From: a bacterium
GTDB taxonomy: Bacteria; Patescibacteriota; JACMRA01
Assembly: GCA_043778575.1 (NCBI GenBank)
Contig: JAYWFX010000101.1
Location: 1 to 45,329, forward strand
Direction of reading: 5' to 3'
DNA length: 45,329 nucleotides
Below the pieces are notes generated by a model. That model ran no database searches, was not told the origin of the DNA, and saw only the letters and a list, made by a program, of their open reading frames with translations. A program made the position numbers and the translations under genes. Shown here one piece after another: positions 34,494-43,174 of the stretch; position 1 is the first letter of the stretch; every line of letters begins with the position of its first letter.

Positions 34494-36458
34494 ATGACAA
34501 CAAACACTACACCTACTCGCAATGCGGGTAAACCTAGGGGCGGATTCGGCAGACCCCAACAAAGATCCAGACCACTACCAAAGACCTCGTCTACAGCAAT
34601 AGACAAACCTCAGTTCATTCAGCGAAGACAAGCCAAGAACTGGGATGAGCCATCAAATTTCAACGTCAAACAATCAGTCAAACAAAAAATTGGAGGTATG
34701 ATGGGTGGAAATCTGGCTAACCCTCATATTAACCCATATTTAAACAACGGGCCTACGCTACGAACTAATTCATTGCCTGTCTTCCCAGAGGGTCCGGTCG
34801 TAAAGATAATACCTCTTGGTGGCACAAACGAAGTCGGTATGAATATGACACTGATTGAGTGTGGTAACGATATTATTATTGTAGATACTGGCATGGGTTT
34901 TGGTGGAGGAGAACGGTTTCCTGGTGTAGACTATCTTATTCCTGATATAGATTATCTTGTTCAAAACAAACACAAAATTCGTGGATTGATTTATACTCAT
35001 GCACACCTTGATCACATTGGAGCCGCACCATACATACTACCCAAACTTGGAAACATTCCTATTTTTGGAATGCCTTTGACGTTGGCTTTGTTGAGAAATA
35101 GACTTCAAGAATTTGAGCTTCAAGATAGTTTTGTAGCAAAAATAATTAATCCTCAAAAACCTCTTACTCTAGGTTGTTTCCAGATAGATTTCTTTAGATT
35201 AAATCACTCAATTCCAGATGTGGTTGGCTTAGCTATAAACACTCCAATGGGACGTATTGTTTATTGTACTGACTGGAAATTTGATAATACTCCTGCAGAT
35301 GGAATACTCTCTGACTATGGAAAGTTAGCATATCTTGGAGACGGTGGTGTCAGGATTTTACTCACTGATTCTCTGGGTATTCTCAAACCGGGATATCAGA
35401 TCTCAGAGCGTGTTATAGGAAATACTATTTTTAAATTATTTAGTGAGTGTCAGGGTAGAGTTATCCTCACAACTTTTTCTACTAGTATCGCTCGTCTACA
35501 GTTTGTAGTAGATGCTTGTATCAAGTATAACCGAAAACTTGCTGTCACTGGCAGATCAATGTTGAACACATTTAGGACATGCTATGATCTAGGATATATT
35601 AAAATACCTTCAGGATTACTCATAGATTTCTTGGATGTAAATAAACTTCCTGCAGAAGAGGTGTGTATCTTATCTACTGGATCACAAGGTGAAGAAATGG
35701 CAGCTTTGTCACGAATGGCACGAAACGAACACGATCAGGTTAAACTACAGGGTGGCGACTCAGTGATAATGTCATCTACTTTAATTCCTGGAAATGAGAA
35801 TAGTATTCAAGACATGATTGCAAAATTGAGTAGACTAGGTGTGAGTGTCTATCGACCAAAGGAATTTGATTTACATGTTTCAGGTCATGCGTGCCATGAG
35901 GATATTAAGCTTTTGATTGCGTTGACTAAACCAGACTATCTCCAGCCAATCCATGGAGATCACTTCATGCTAAATCGTGTCGGTGAGTTAGGTGCAAGTA
36001 TGGGGATTCCTGTAGATCACAACCTAATAGGGGAGAATGGTAGAATTATTGAGCTTCGAAATCAAAGTGTAGTACTCACTGATGATATTGTTACTGATAA
36101 ATATGTATTAGTGGAAGGTACTAGTATTGGTGCTGTGTCAGAGGCTGTTCTAGAAGAAAGGCGTCAAATGGGAACTCAAGGTAGTGTTATAGTAGTGCTG
36201 TTGTTAAATCGGCAGAAAAAGCTAGTTGGCGAGCCTGCAATCATCAGTAGAGGTTTTGTTTTTGTAAAAAATTCTAATGAGTTTATGGACGAGCTAAAGA
36301 GTGTGGTAAAAAGTCGATTTGAAAATATAACTCTTGATCCAAAGTCGACAACTTACTTTTCTGAACTTCGATCCACATTGAAACAGGTTATGAGCGAAGC
36401 AATCTATCAAAAAACTGAGAAAGATCCTATGGTTATTCCAGTTGTAGTTCAAGTATAG
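34494..36458 (+). CDS. rnj: ribonuclease J (metallo-beta-lactamase / beta-CASP) with a basic N-terminal extension of about 100 aa
   Basis: IIPLGGTNEVGMNMT, THAHLDHIGA (HxHxDH), the beta-CASP region, and HVSGHA. Confidence 0.88.
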   Translation: MTTNTTPTRNAGKPRGGFGRPQQRSRPLPKTSSTAIDKPQFIQRRQAKNWDEPSNFNVKQSVKQKIGGMMGGNLANPHINPYLNNGPTLRTNSLPVFPEGPVVKIIPLGGTNEVGMNMTLIECGNDIIIVDTGMGFGGGERFPGVDYLIPDIDYLVQNKHKIRGLIYTHAHLDHIGAAPYILPKLGNIPIFGMPLTLALLRNRLQEFELQDSFVAKIINPQKPLTLGCFQIDFFRLNHSIPDVVGLAINTPMGRIVYCTDWKFDNTPADGILSDYGKLAYLGDGGVRILLTDSLGILKPGYQISERVIGNTIFKLFSECQGRVILTTFSTSIARLQFVVDACIKYNRKLAVTGRSMLNTFRTCYDLGYIKIPSGLLIDFLDVNKLPAEEVCILSTGSQGEEMAALSRMARNEHDQVKLQGGDSVIMSSTLIPGNENSIQDMIAKLSRLGVSVYRPKEFDLHVSGHACHEDIKLLIALTKPDYLQPIHGDHFMLNRVGELGASMGIPVDHNLIGENGRIIELRNQSVVLTDDIVTDKYVLVEGTSIGAVSEAVLEERRQMGTQGSVIVVLLLNRQKKLVGEPAIISRGFVFVKNSNEFMDELKSVVKSRFENITLDPKSTTYFSELRSTLKQVMSEAIYQKTEKDPMVIPVVVQV

Positions 36459-36499
36459 CTGTATTCCTAAATTTTTGATTAGATAATCGACCAAAGTCT

Positions 36500-36523
36500 C
36501 CCCCTCAAAGGGGGGTTTTATTT
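36500..36523 (+). terminator. rho-independent terminator after rnj
   Basis: CCCCC(36500-36504)-TCAAA-GGGGGG(36510-36515) followed by TTTTATTT. Confidence 0.8.
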
Positions 36524-36556
36524 GCCCAAATGTAATTTATTCGCTTAAATACTACA

Positions 36557-37555
36557 GTGTTTCAACCAAAGAAAAGTTTTAATTGGCGTAGGTTTTGGCA
36601 ATATCGATATCGTTTGTACGCATTGACAATGATTTTTTTGATTTCAAGTATTATTTGGAGTACAAATGCCAATGTGAAACCCAATATTGATATCTCTGAA
36701 AGGAGGTTAGATTCTATAAATATTTTTGCACAAAAAGTTGGTGACTTGAAATACGCCTCTACTATTAATCAGCCAAAACCAGTGGTGGAAGTCGATGCAG
36801 ATAATATTTCACTAATAAATCAATACAAAAATCAAGGATATGAAGTAAGGCTGATTTACAAAGTAAAAAACACACCTCCAATTATAGATCAAGAACAAAT
36901 AAGACAAGATGAGTTGAGGCGTCAGCGTGATCTTGAAGATCAAAAGAAAAAGTTATCGGAGAAACCATATTCGCAAAAAACTTTAGACGAAATTATAGCA
37001 AAACCTGAAGCTCCACAGCAGATTAATTTATTGCGTTATCCAAAATACGACATAACTACACCTATTATTTATTCAAAGCTCGAAGATATTTTTCAAAGAA
37101 ATGCTGATGGTTCAATAAATACTTCAAAGGCAATCGAAGAGGTTAATCCTGCTGGTTGTCCTCTGTGTAATCCTATTCAAAAGCTGTTGGTGGATGGTGT
37201 CGTTCATATGGCGTATTCACCGCAACCTGGTGAGCTATCAGATCAACTCAGTAGTTATATTGTTGGACATAGTAGCAACTTTCCTTCTGTCAGAAGTGAC
37301 TACAATTTTATTTTTAAGCCGCTAGAGAGCACTAGTCAGGTTGGCGAAGAGTTTTTTATATATGATCAGTCTGGCAGAGAGTTAAAGTTCAGGGTGTTTG
37401 AAGTTGCCAAGATCAGTGAAGATGATGCCTCTGAAGCATACAAAGGGTTTCCAGGCAGGAGAGTCGTTACATTGCAAACTTCGATCTTGGGATACAAAAA
37501 TGGACAGTTAGCGGCTACTCACAGATGGTTGACAAGGGGAGAACTGGTGAAGTGA
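36557..37555 (+). CDS. membrane-anchored sortase-fold protein with Ser at the catalytic-Cys position (GTG start)
   Basis: N-terminal TM YALTMIFLISSIIWS. C-terminal YIVGHSS ... VVTLQTS ... THRWLTRGEL follows the sortase His / TLxTC / Arg order, but TCG (Ser) sits at 37481-37483. Confidence 0.6.
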   Translation: MFQPKKSFNWRRFWQYRYRLYALTMIFLISSIIWSTNANVKPNIDISERRLDSINIFAQKVGDLKYASTINQPKPVVEVDADNISLINQYKNQGYEVRLIYKVKNTPPIIDQEQIRQDELRRQRDLEDQKKKLSEKPYSQKTLDEIIAKPEAPQQINLLRYPKYDITTPIIYSKLEDIFQRNADGSINTSKAIEEVNPAGCPLCNPIQKLLVDGVVHMAYSPQPGELSDQLSSYIVGHSSNFPSVRSDYNFIFKPLESTSQVGEEFFIYDQSGRELKFRVFEVAKISEDDASEAYKGFPGRRVVTLQTSILGYKNGQLAATHRWLTRGELVK

Positions 37556-37615
37556 TCAATACGGGTGATAATTACTTGACAAAATAGCTAATATCGATGC
37601 AGTATAACCACATTT

Positions 37616-40600
37616 ATGGTACCAAAACGCGTAACTAGGAACTATTTCGGTGTCAAACCACAGACATTTCCCGTGCCAGACTTAAATGCAATGCAGGTGG
37701 AGTCATACCAATTATTTTGGAAAGTTGAGCTACAAAAGATTTTAGCCGAGTTTAGTCCTGTCGTGGATCAAACAGGTGGGAGATGGAGAGTAAACATCGG
37801 TCCAGATTTCTATTTAGAAAAAGATGTGAACATGGACGAGTACACAGCACTGCTCGAGAGTCGTACTTTTTCTGCACCGTTGTTTGTCAATGTTAGCGTC
37901 GAAAATCTAGTGTCGGGAGAGCGAAAACTTCAGCGTATATTTGTAGCAAATGTTCCTTTGATGACGAGAAAAGGTAATTTTATCATTAACGGTATCCAAA
38001 AAATTGTTGTCAGTCAGCTAATTAAATCCCCTGGCTTGTTGTATACTCGTGATTTAGAGAAAGGTAATTTAGTTTACACTACTCGTATTATTCCTACTCG
38101 TGGTATTTGGATTGATTTAGAGTTGGGAGGAGATAATGTGATTTATGCTCGCGTAGATAGAAAAAAGAAATTCCCAGTCACTCAACTATTTAAATTGTTT
38201 GGGTTAGAACGAGACGAAGATATCATGAATCAGTTTAGAGATGTAGATACAGATGAGAGAATCAGCTATATTCAAGCTACTTTAAACAAGGATCAGTCTA
38301 GTAGTTCAGATGATGCAGTTAATTTGATTTATAGAAAAATTCGTCCAGGAGATATCGTTTCTATTGAACAAGGAAGAAGATTTCTGCGAAACATGTTTGA
38401 AGACACAGCGAAGTATGATTTTGGATCTGTCGGTAGATACAAGTTTGATGCTAGATTAAATTTCAAATCAAAACCAGAAGAGGGTAATGAATACAAGCAT
38501 ACATTGTCCGCTGAGGAGTTGGTTGCTGCTGTCAAGGAGTTGGTTACTATGGTGGTTCATAGAAAAGATCCTGACAATATAGATTCACTAGCAAACAGGC
38601 GAGTACGTGCAGTAGGTGAGTGGTTAGGCAATACATTCAAAGCTGGTTTAGCCCGTGTTGTCAGAAATACTCGAGAGAAAATGACTTTAAATGATGATGT
38701 TAATTTCACTCCTGCACAGCTCGTCAATATGCGACCACTTGCAGCAATGATCGAAGATTTCTTTAATACGTCTCAACTTTCACGGTTCATGGATCAGACA
38801 AACTTAATGTCTGAAATGGATCAAAGACAATTTATGACCTGTTCAGGTCCTGGTGGTTTGACTCGTGAAAGAGCTGGTTTTGAAGTGCGTGACGTGCAGC
38901 CAAGTTATTATGGTAGGGTATGTCCAGTAAACACTCCTGAAGGTCCAGGTTTCGGTTTAAATTTACATGCTGCTGTATACGCCAGAATAAACAAGATGGG
39001 ATTCATGGAAACACCGTATTTCAAAGTGAAAAGCGAGATTGCTATTGATGACTCAGATCTAATTTCTCGTATTGTCAGCGAAGATGTTTCTGTAAAAGGA
39101 CAAAGAATTTTGAAAGCAGGTCAAATGATAACCAAAGATATTTGGGAAGACTTAAAGGCTAGTCAAAAAAATTTAAAAATTACAGTAAAAAAGTTTGTTT
39201 CTGAGGAGATTGTTTGGTTGTCGAGTGAAGAAGAATCTCACTATATCATTGGATCGTACACTAGAGATTTGGATGAGACGGGGCATTTTTTGACAGAGAC
39301 TCTCGGAGGAAGAAAAGAAGGTAACCCAGTTCAAGTCGATGTCGCAGAGGTGGATCTAATGGATGTATCTGCAAATCAGATTTTTAGTTTATCTACTTGT
39401 CTCGTACCGTTTGCAGCTCAGACCGAGGGTATGCGTGTTTTGATGGGTACCAATCAACAGGGTCAAGCTCTACCGTTAGTACGACCTGAGGTACCGCTTG
39501 TGGCTACAGGTTTTGAGAAAATTGCTGCAGACTACAGCGGATACATGTCGGTTTCTGAGTGTGACGGATTGATAACATTTGCCGATGGGAAAAAAGTCGT
39601 TGTCCAAGAAGAAAAAACAAAAAAAGAGTATAGTTACTCAGCCCTCAAGTTTTTACCATCAAACGAAAGCTCAACGATCAATCAGCGAGTGGTTGTAGCA
39701 CCAGGGACGAAAGTAAAGAAAGGTGATGCTTTGATCGAAGGTTTTGGAGTTCATCAAGGTGAATTCGCCATTGGCCAAAATGTACGTGTGGCGTTTATGT
39801 CCTTTAAGGGGTATAATTATGAAGATGCTATCGTGTTATCAGAGCGTTTAGTTAAGGATGATAAATTTACCTCGACTCATATTCATGAACTTGTTTGTGA
39901 TGTGCACGAGACTCGTATTGGAAACGAAGAAATAACACGCGATATTCCAAATGTAGCAGCTGATAAGCTCAGCAAATTAGGTGAGGATGGAATCATTCAT
40001 TTGGGTGCATTTGTAGAGTCAGGTGATATTTTAGTCGGAAAGATTACTCCAAAGGGCGAAGTTGATTTATCTCCAGAGGATAAACTTATTCGAGTTTTGT
40101 TTGGTGAATATTCACGAGACGTCAAAGATTCTTCACTGTACTTGCAGCACGGTTTGACTGGAAAAGTAGTCTCAATCCGTGTCATTAATCGTGAAGATAA
40201 TAACGCATCACTACCAAATGATGTAATACGTAGAGTTCATATTTGGCTGGCTGAAACTAGAAAGATCAAGCCGGGGGACAAGATGGCTGGTCGTCACGGA
40301 AACAAGGGTGTAGTGTCGGTGGTAATGCCTGTCGAGGACATGCCGTACACAGCCGATGGTAAACCAGTAGATGTCGTGTTGAATCCGCTTGGTGTAGTCG
40401 GTCGTATGAATCTAGGGCAGTTACTCGAGACTCATCTTGGCTTGGTGTGTGATAAAACTGGATCATTTGCGGTTACTCAACCTCTAAATGAAATTCCGTT
40501 TAGTACAATTCAAGAGGAGCTAATAAAGGCAGGTTTCACCCAAGACGGAAAATTAGATCTTTGGGATGGTCAGACTGGTGATAAATATGATAGACCAGTT

Positions 40601-41020
40601 ACTGTTGGATATCTGTATCTAAACAAACTTCACCATATGGTCGATGACAAGATGCATGCTCGATCTACTGGGCCGTATTCTTTGGTTACGCAACAGCCGC
40701 TTGGAGGTAGAAGTCATTCGGGTGGACAAAGGTTTGGTGAGATGGAATGCTGGGCGTTGCAGGCATATGGGGCGGCACACGCACTTCAGGAAATGTTGAC
40801 TATAAAGGCTGATGACGTTCAGGGTAGAGAGGATGCTTTTGAGTCGATTATCCGTGGCAAACAGATTAGCACACCTAATCTCCCAAGCTCATTTATTGTA
40901 CTTGCAAACGAATTGACTGCACTAGGCATAAAAGTAAATGCTCAGGTTGTAGCTGCTGAAGAAAAATTCATTGATACAAAGTTAGCTTTATCGGCTGATA
41001 CTGGAACTTTAGACAAATAA
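37616..41020 (+). CDS. rpoB: DNA-directed RNA polymerase subunit beta
   Basis: 1134 aa. FMDQTN, GPGGLTRERAGFEVRDV, CPVNTPEGP..GL, NYEDAI, GDKMAGRHGNKGV, and TGPYSLVTQQPLGG...GGQRFGEMECWAL. Confidence 0.96.
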   Translation: MVPKRVTRNYFGVKPQTFPVPDLNAMQVESYQLFWKVELQKILAEFSPVVDQTGGRWRVNIGPDFYLEKDVNMDEYTALLESRTFSAPLFVNVSVENLVSGERKLQRIFVANVPLMTRKGNFIINGIQKIVVSQLIKSPGLLYTRDLEKGNLVYTTRIIPTRGIWIDLELGGDNVIYARVDRKKKFPVTQLFKLFGLERDEDIMNQFRDVDTDERISYIQATLNKDQSSSSDDAVNLIYRKIRPGDIVSIEQGRRFLRNMFEDTAKYDFGSVGRYKFDARLNFKSKPEEGNEYKHTLSAEELVAAVKELVTMVVHRKDPDNIDSLANRRVRAVGEWLGNTFKAGLARVVRNTREKMTLNDDVNFTPAQLVNMRPLAAMIEDFFNTSQLSRFMDQTNLMSEMDQRQFMTCSGPGGLTRERAGFEVRDVQPSYYGRVCPVNTPEGPGFGLNLHAAVYARINKMGFMETPYFKVKSEIAIDDSDLISRIVSEDVSVKGQRILKAGQMITKDIWEDLKASQKNLKITVKKFVSEEIVWLSSEEESHYIIGSYTRDLDETGHFLTETLGGRKEGNPVQVDVAEVDLMDVSANQIFSLSTCLVPFAAQTEGMRVLMGTNQQGQALPLVRPEVPLVATGFEKIAADYSGYMSVSECDGLITFADGKKVVVQEEKTKKEYSYSALKFLPSNESSTINQRVVVAPGTKVKKGDALIEGFGVHQGEFAIGQNVRVAFMSFKGYNYEDAIVLSERLVKDDKFTSTHIHELVCDVHETRIGNEEITRDIPNVAADKLSKLGEDGIIHLGAFVESGDILVGKITPKGEVDLSPEDKLIRVLFGEYSRDVKDSSLYLQHGLTGKVVSIRVINREDNNASLPNDVIRRVHIWLAETRKIKPGDKMAGRHGNKGVVSVVMPVEDMPYTADGKPVDVVLNPLGVVGRMNLGQLLETHLGLVCDKTGSFAVTQPLNEIPFSTIQEELIKAGFTQDGKLDLWDGQTGDKYDRPVTVGYLYLNKLHHMVDDKMHARSTGPYSLVTQQPLGGRSHSGGQRFGEMECWALQAYGAAHALQEMLTIKADDVQGREDAFESIIRGKQISTPNLPSSFIVLANELTALGIKVNAQVVAAEEKFIDTKLALSADTGTLDK

Positions 41021-41039
41021 TACAACCTTATCAATCACC

Positions 41040-41642
41040 ATGACTATTAGCGATATTTCACACAAAATATACAGGAGGTGGTGGTTGATTTTGCTTGTTA
41101 TTGTTCTAACCACTACAGCCTTTTCTTCGTACTCAAAATCTCTTTCTTATCAGGCAAATATCAGTGTCTCCATGAGTTACAATAACCCTAAGTTGGTTAG
41201 CATTAACCCATCAGGTCTGGTTGATGGATACACAGCAAGTCTTGAGTCGCTCAGTAAATTCCTAGAAGCTAGGCTCAATTCCCCAGAAATTCAGCAACTA
41301 GTAGGGGAGAAAATGGGTGCAAAACCAATTGCTTATAGCCACAAATCACCATTTTACAAGACTACAAACACAGGAGCTGGAAGTGCTAGCTTATCACTCG
41401 AATCTAGTACCAAAAGTGAAAGTGAGAAATTTATAACTGGTGTACAGTCTGCGATACAGAGAATTGAGGATGAGTGGAATAACCAGAGAACTGAAGAATT
41501 TAAAGTAAGTCATAGAGAGTTGATGTTGAATCCCATAGTCGAAGTATCAAAGTCAGTTCAACTACAGATTTTACCAACCTTTGTGGGTTTACTTGTTGGG
41601 ATTGTCTTGACACTTGTGATTCCTCAGATCAAGAAGAGTTAG
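41040..41642 (+). CDS. two-TM Wzz/chain-length-determinant-like envelope protein
   Basis: 200 aa. N-terminal YRRWWLILLVIVLTTTAF and C-terminal ILPTFVGLLVGIVLTLVIP flank a polar periplasmic-type segment. The call rests on topology and a weak motif. Confidence 0.4.
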   Translation: MTISDISHKIYRRWWLILLVIVLTTTAFSSYSKSLSYQANISVSMSYNNPKLVSINPSGLVDGYTASLESLSKFLEARLNSPEIQQLVGEKMGAKPIAYSHKSPFYKTTNTGAGSASLSLESSTKSESEKFITGVQSAIQRIEDEWNNQRTEEFKVSHRELMLNPIVEVSKSVQLQILPTFVGLLVGIVLTLVIPQIKKS

Positions 41643-41643
41643 T

Positions 41644-42213
41644 ATGGAAATTGTATTGATCATAATAGGTATAAACATACTTGCTTTTGTAACACCATTT
41701 GTAGTTCAATTCACTGGATCATATCCTACGAGTTATTTGAATTTTGTGTCGATGGGGTGGAAAAATAATAGTGATATTGCCGGTGGAGAGTATTATAGAC
41801 TGCTTACTTCGACTTTTCTTCACGATGTCGATATATTTCATTTGTTGTTTAATATGTGGTCGCTGTGGAACATTAGTCCGTTGATGCTGCAGTTGTTTAA
41901 GCCCGGTGGGTTTTTGATCATATATCTAGTTTCTGGTGTTGTAGGGTCGTATTTGTCTTTTTTGTTCAACACCAGCAATAGTCTTGGTGCAAGTGGATCA
42001 ATATTTGGTTTGCTCGGTGCACTCTTAGCATATTCTGTGCTTGGTGGACGGACTGATTTGCTAACCAGTATACTCATAAATATTTTTATTATTGTAGCGT
42101 ATTCATTTCTCCCAGGGGCACGAATTGATAACTTTGGACATCTTGGAGGTCTGCTCGCTGGGTTTGTTATCGGTTTTATTTTTCTCATCGGTAAATTTCA
42201 GCTCGCAGTGTAG
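41644..42213 (+). CDS. rhomboid family intramembrane serine protease
   Basis: YYRLLTSTFLH....HLLFNMWSLW, GASGSIFGLLGA (catalytic Ser) and GHLGGLLAG (catalytic His). Confidence 0.88.
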   Translation: MEIVLIIIGINILAFVTPFVVQFTGSYPTSYLNFVSMGWKNNSDIAGGEYYRLLTSTFLHDVDIFHLLFNMWSLWNISPLMLQLFKPGGFLIIYLVSGVVGSYLSFLFNTSNSLGASGSIFGLLGALLAYSVLGGRTDLLTSILINIFIIVAYSFLPGARIDNFGHLGGLLAGFVIGFIFLIGKFQLAV

Positions 42214-42248
42214 TGTATTGACTCAAAGACTAGCTCACAGCACAACAA

Positions 42249-43106
42249 ATGCCTAACTCATCAAAAATATATCACTACATTTCAGACAGTGTGTTTCAAC
42301 ATATACAACAAGAGACAAATCTGGATACTCTCAAGAAACTCTCAAAAATATCTCAGCAACCTCATTCATTATGGCTGGATCATACTCCTGAAAAGATGAA
42401 TATTTTGGCTAAAGCTCTGACTAGCATGTCTGTGATTGAAACTCTAGTCATCGTACTATACGATATACCGCACCGAGATGTTTCGGGTAGTTATAATACT
42501 GGAGGTCTTCAAAGCTCAGCTGAGTATCTCAACTGGATCAAGCAAATATCCAAAATCTTATCAAATAAATCAGTGATAGTCATCGTTGAACCTGATAGTT
42601 TGGCATCGATAGATTTACTTTCTGTAGATGATAGGATTTCACGGTATGAACTAATGAGTGCGTCAAGTGAAATATTTTCAAAAAACAACCAATTTGCTAG
42701 GATTTATCTCGACGCTGGCAATCCAAACTGGGTAGAGCCTAAAGAAATGGCACAGAGACTACAACAAGCTGGAGTATCACTAGCACAAGGTTTTGCTATA
42801 AACGTGTCAAATTTTGTGGCTGATACCAAGTGCATCGATTATGGAATGCAAATCTGTAGTATCCTACCAGACAAAACTTTTGTGGTTGATTCGAGTAGAA
42901 ACGGTAACGGAGAAGATCCTTTGCAAAAATGGTGCAATCCAGTCGGGAGAAAACTAGGTAGGGATCCAGTACTTTTTGATGATGAGTCACGGATAGATGG
43001 ATATTTGTGGATCAAAACACCGGGGCAATCTGATGGTAGTGAAAATGGTGCTCCGCCCGCTGGTAAGTGGTACCGTGATTATGCAGTTGGACTTTGTATG
43101 AATTAG
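42249..43106 (+). CDS. glycoside hydrolase family 6 catalytic domain (cellulase-type), with no signal peptide or CBM
   Basis: These blocks are collinear with GH6 enzymes such as T. fusca Cel6A: VLYDIPHRD..., VIVEPDSLA, ARIYLDAGNPNW, GFAINVSNF, VVDSSRNGNG, WCNPVGRKLG, and GYLWIKTPGQSDG. Confidence 0.8.
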   Translation: MPNSSKIYHYISDSVFQHIQQETNLDTLKKLSKISQQPHSLWLDHTPEKMNILAKALTSMSVIETLVIVLYDIPHRDVSGSYNTGGLQSSAEYLNWIKQISKILSNKSVIVIVEPDSLASIDLLSVDDRISRYELMSASSEIFSKNNQFARIYLDAGNPNWVEPKEMAQRLQQAGVSLAQGFAINVSNFVADTKCIDYGMQICSILPDKTFVVDSSRNGNGEDPLQKWCNPVGRKLGRDPVLFDDESRIDGYLWIKTPGQSDGSENGAPPAGKWYRDYAVGLCMN

Positions 43107-43174
43107 TGTTTTGCATTGTTCTGGTCTAGACTCTGAATAGTTATTGACAAAGTCTCAAAACAGCATCCTTTTGA

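Noticed and set aside
37576-37608. TTGACA upstream of rpoB as a promoter. Similar TTGACA hexamers lie at 679-684, about 32196 and about 43145.
   Set aside because: The best -10-like hexamers sit at spacings of 19-21 nt or are poor matches. This is too weak to annotate without transcription start data.
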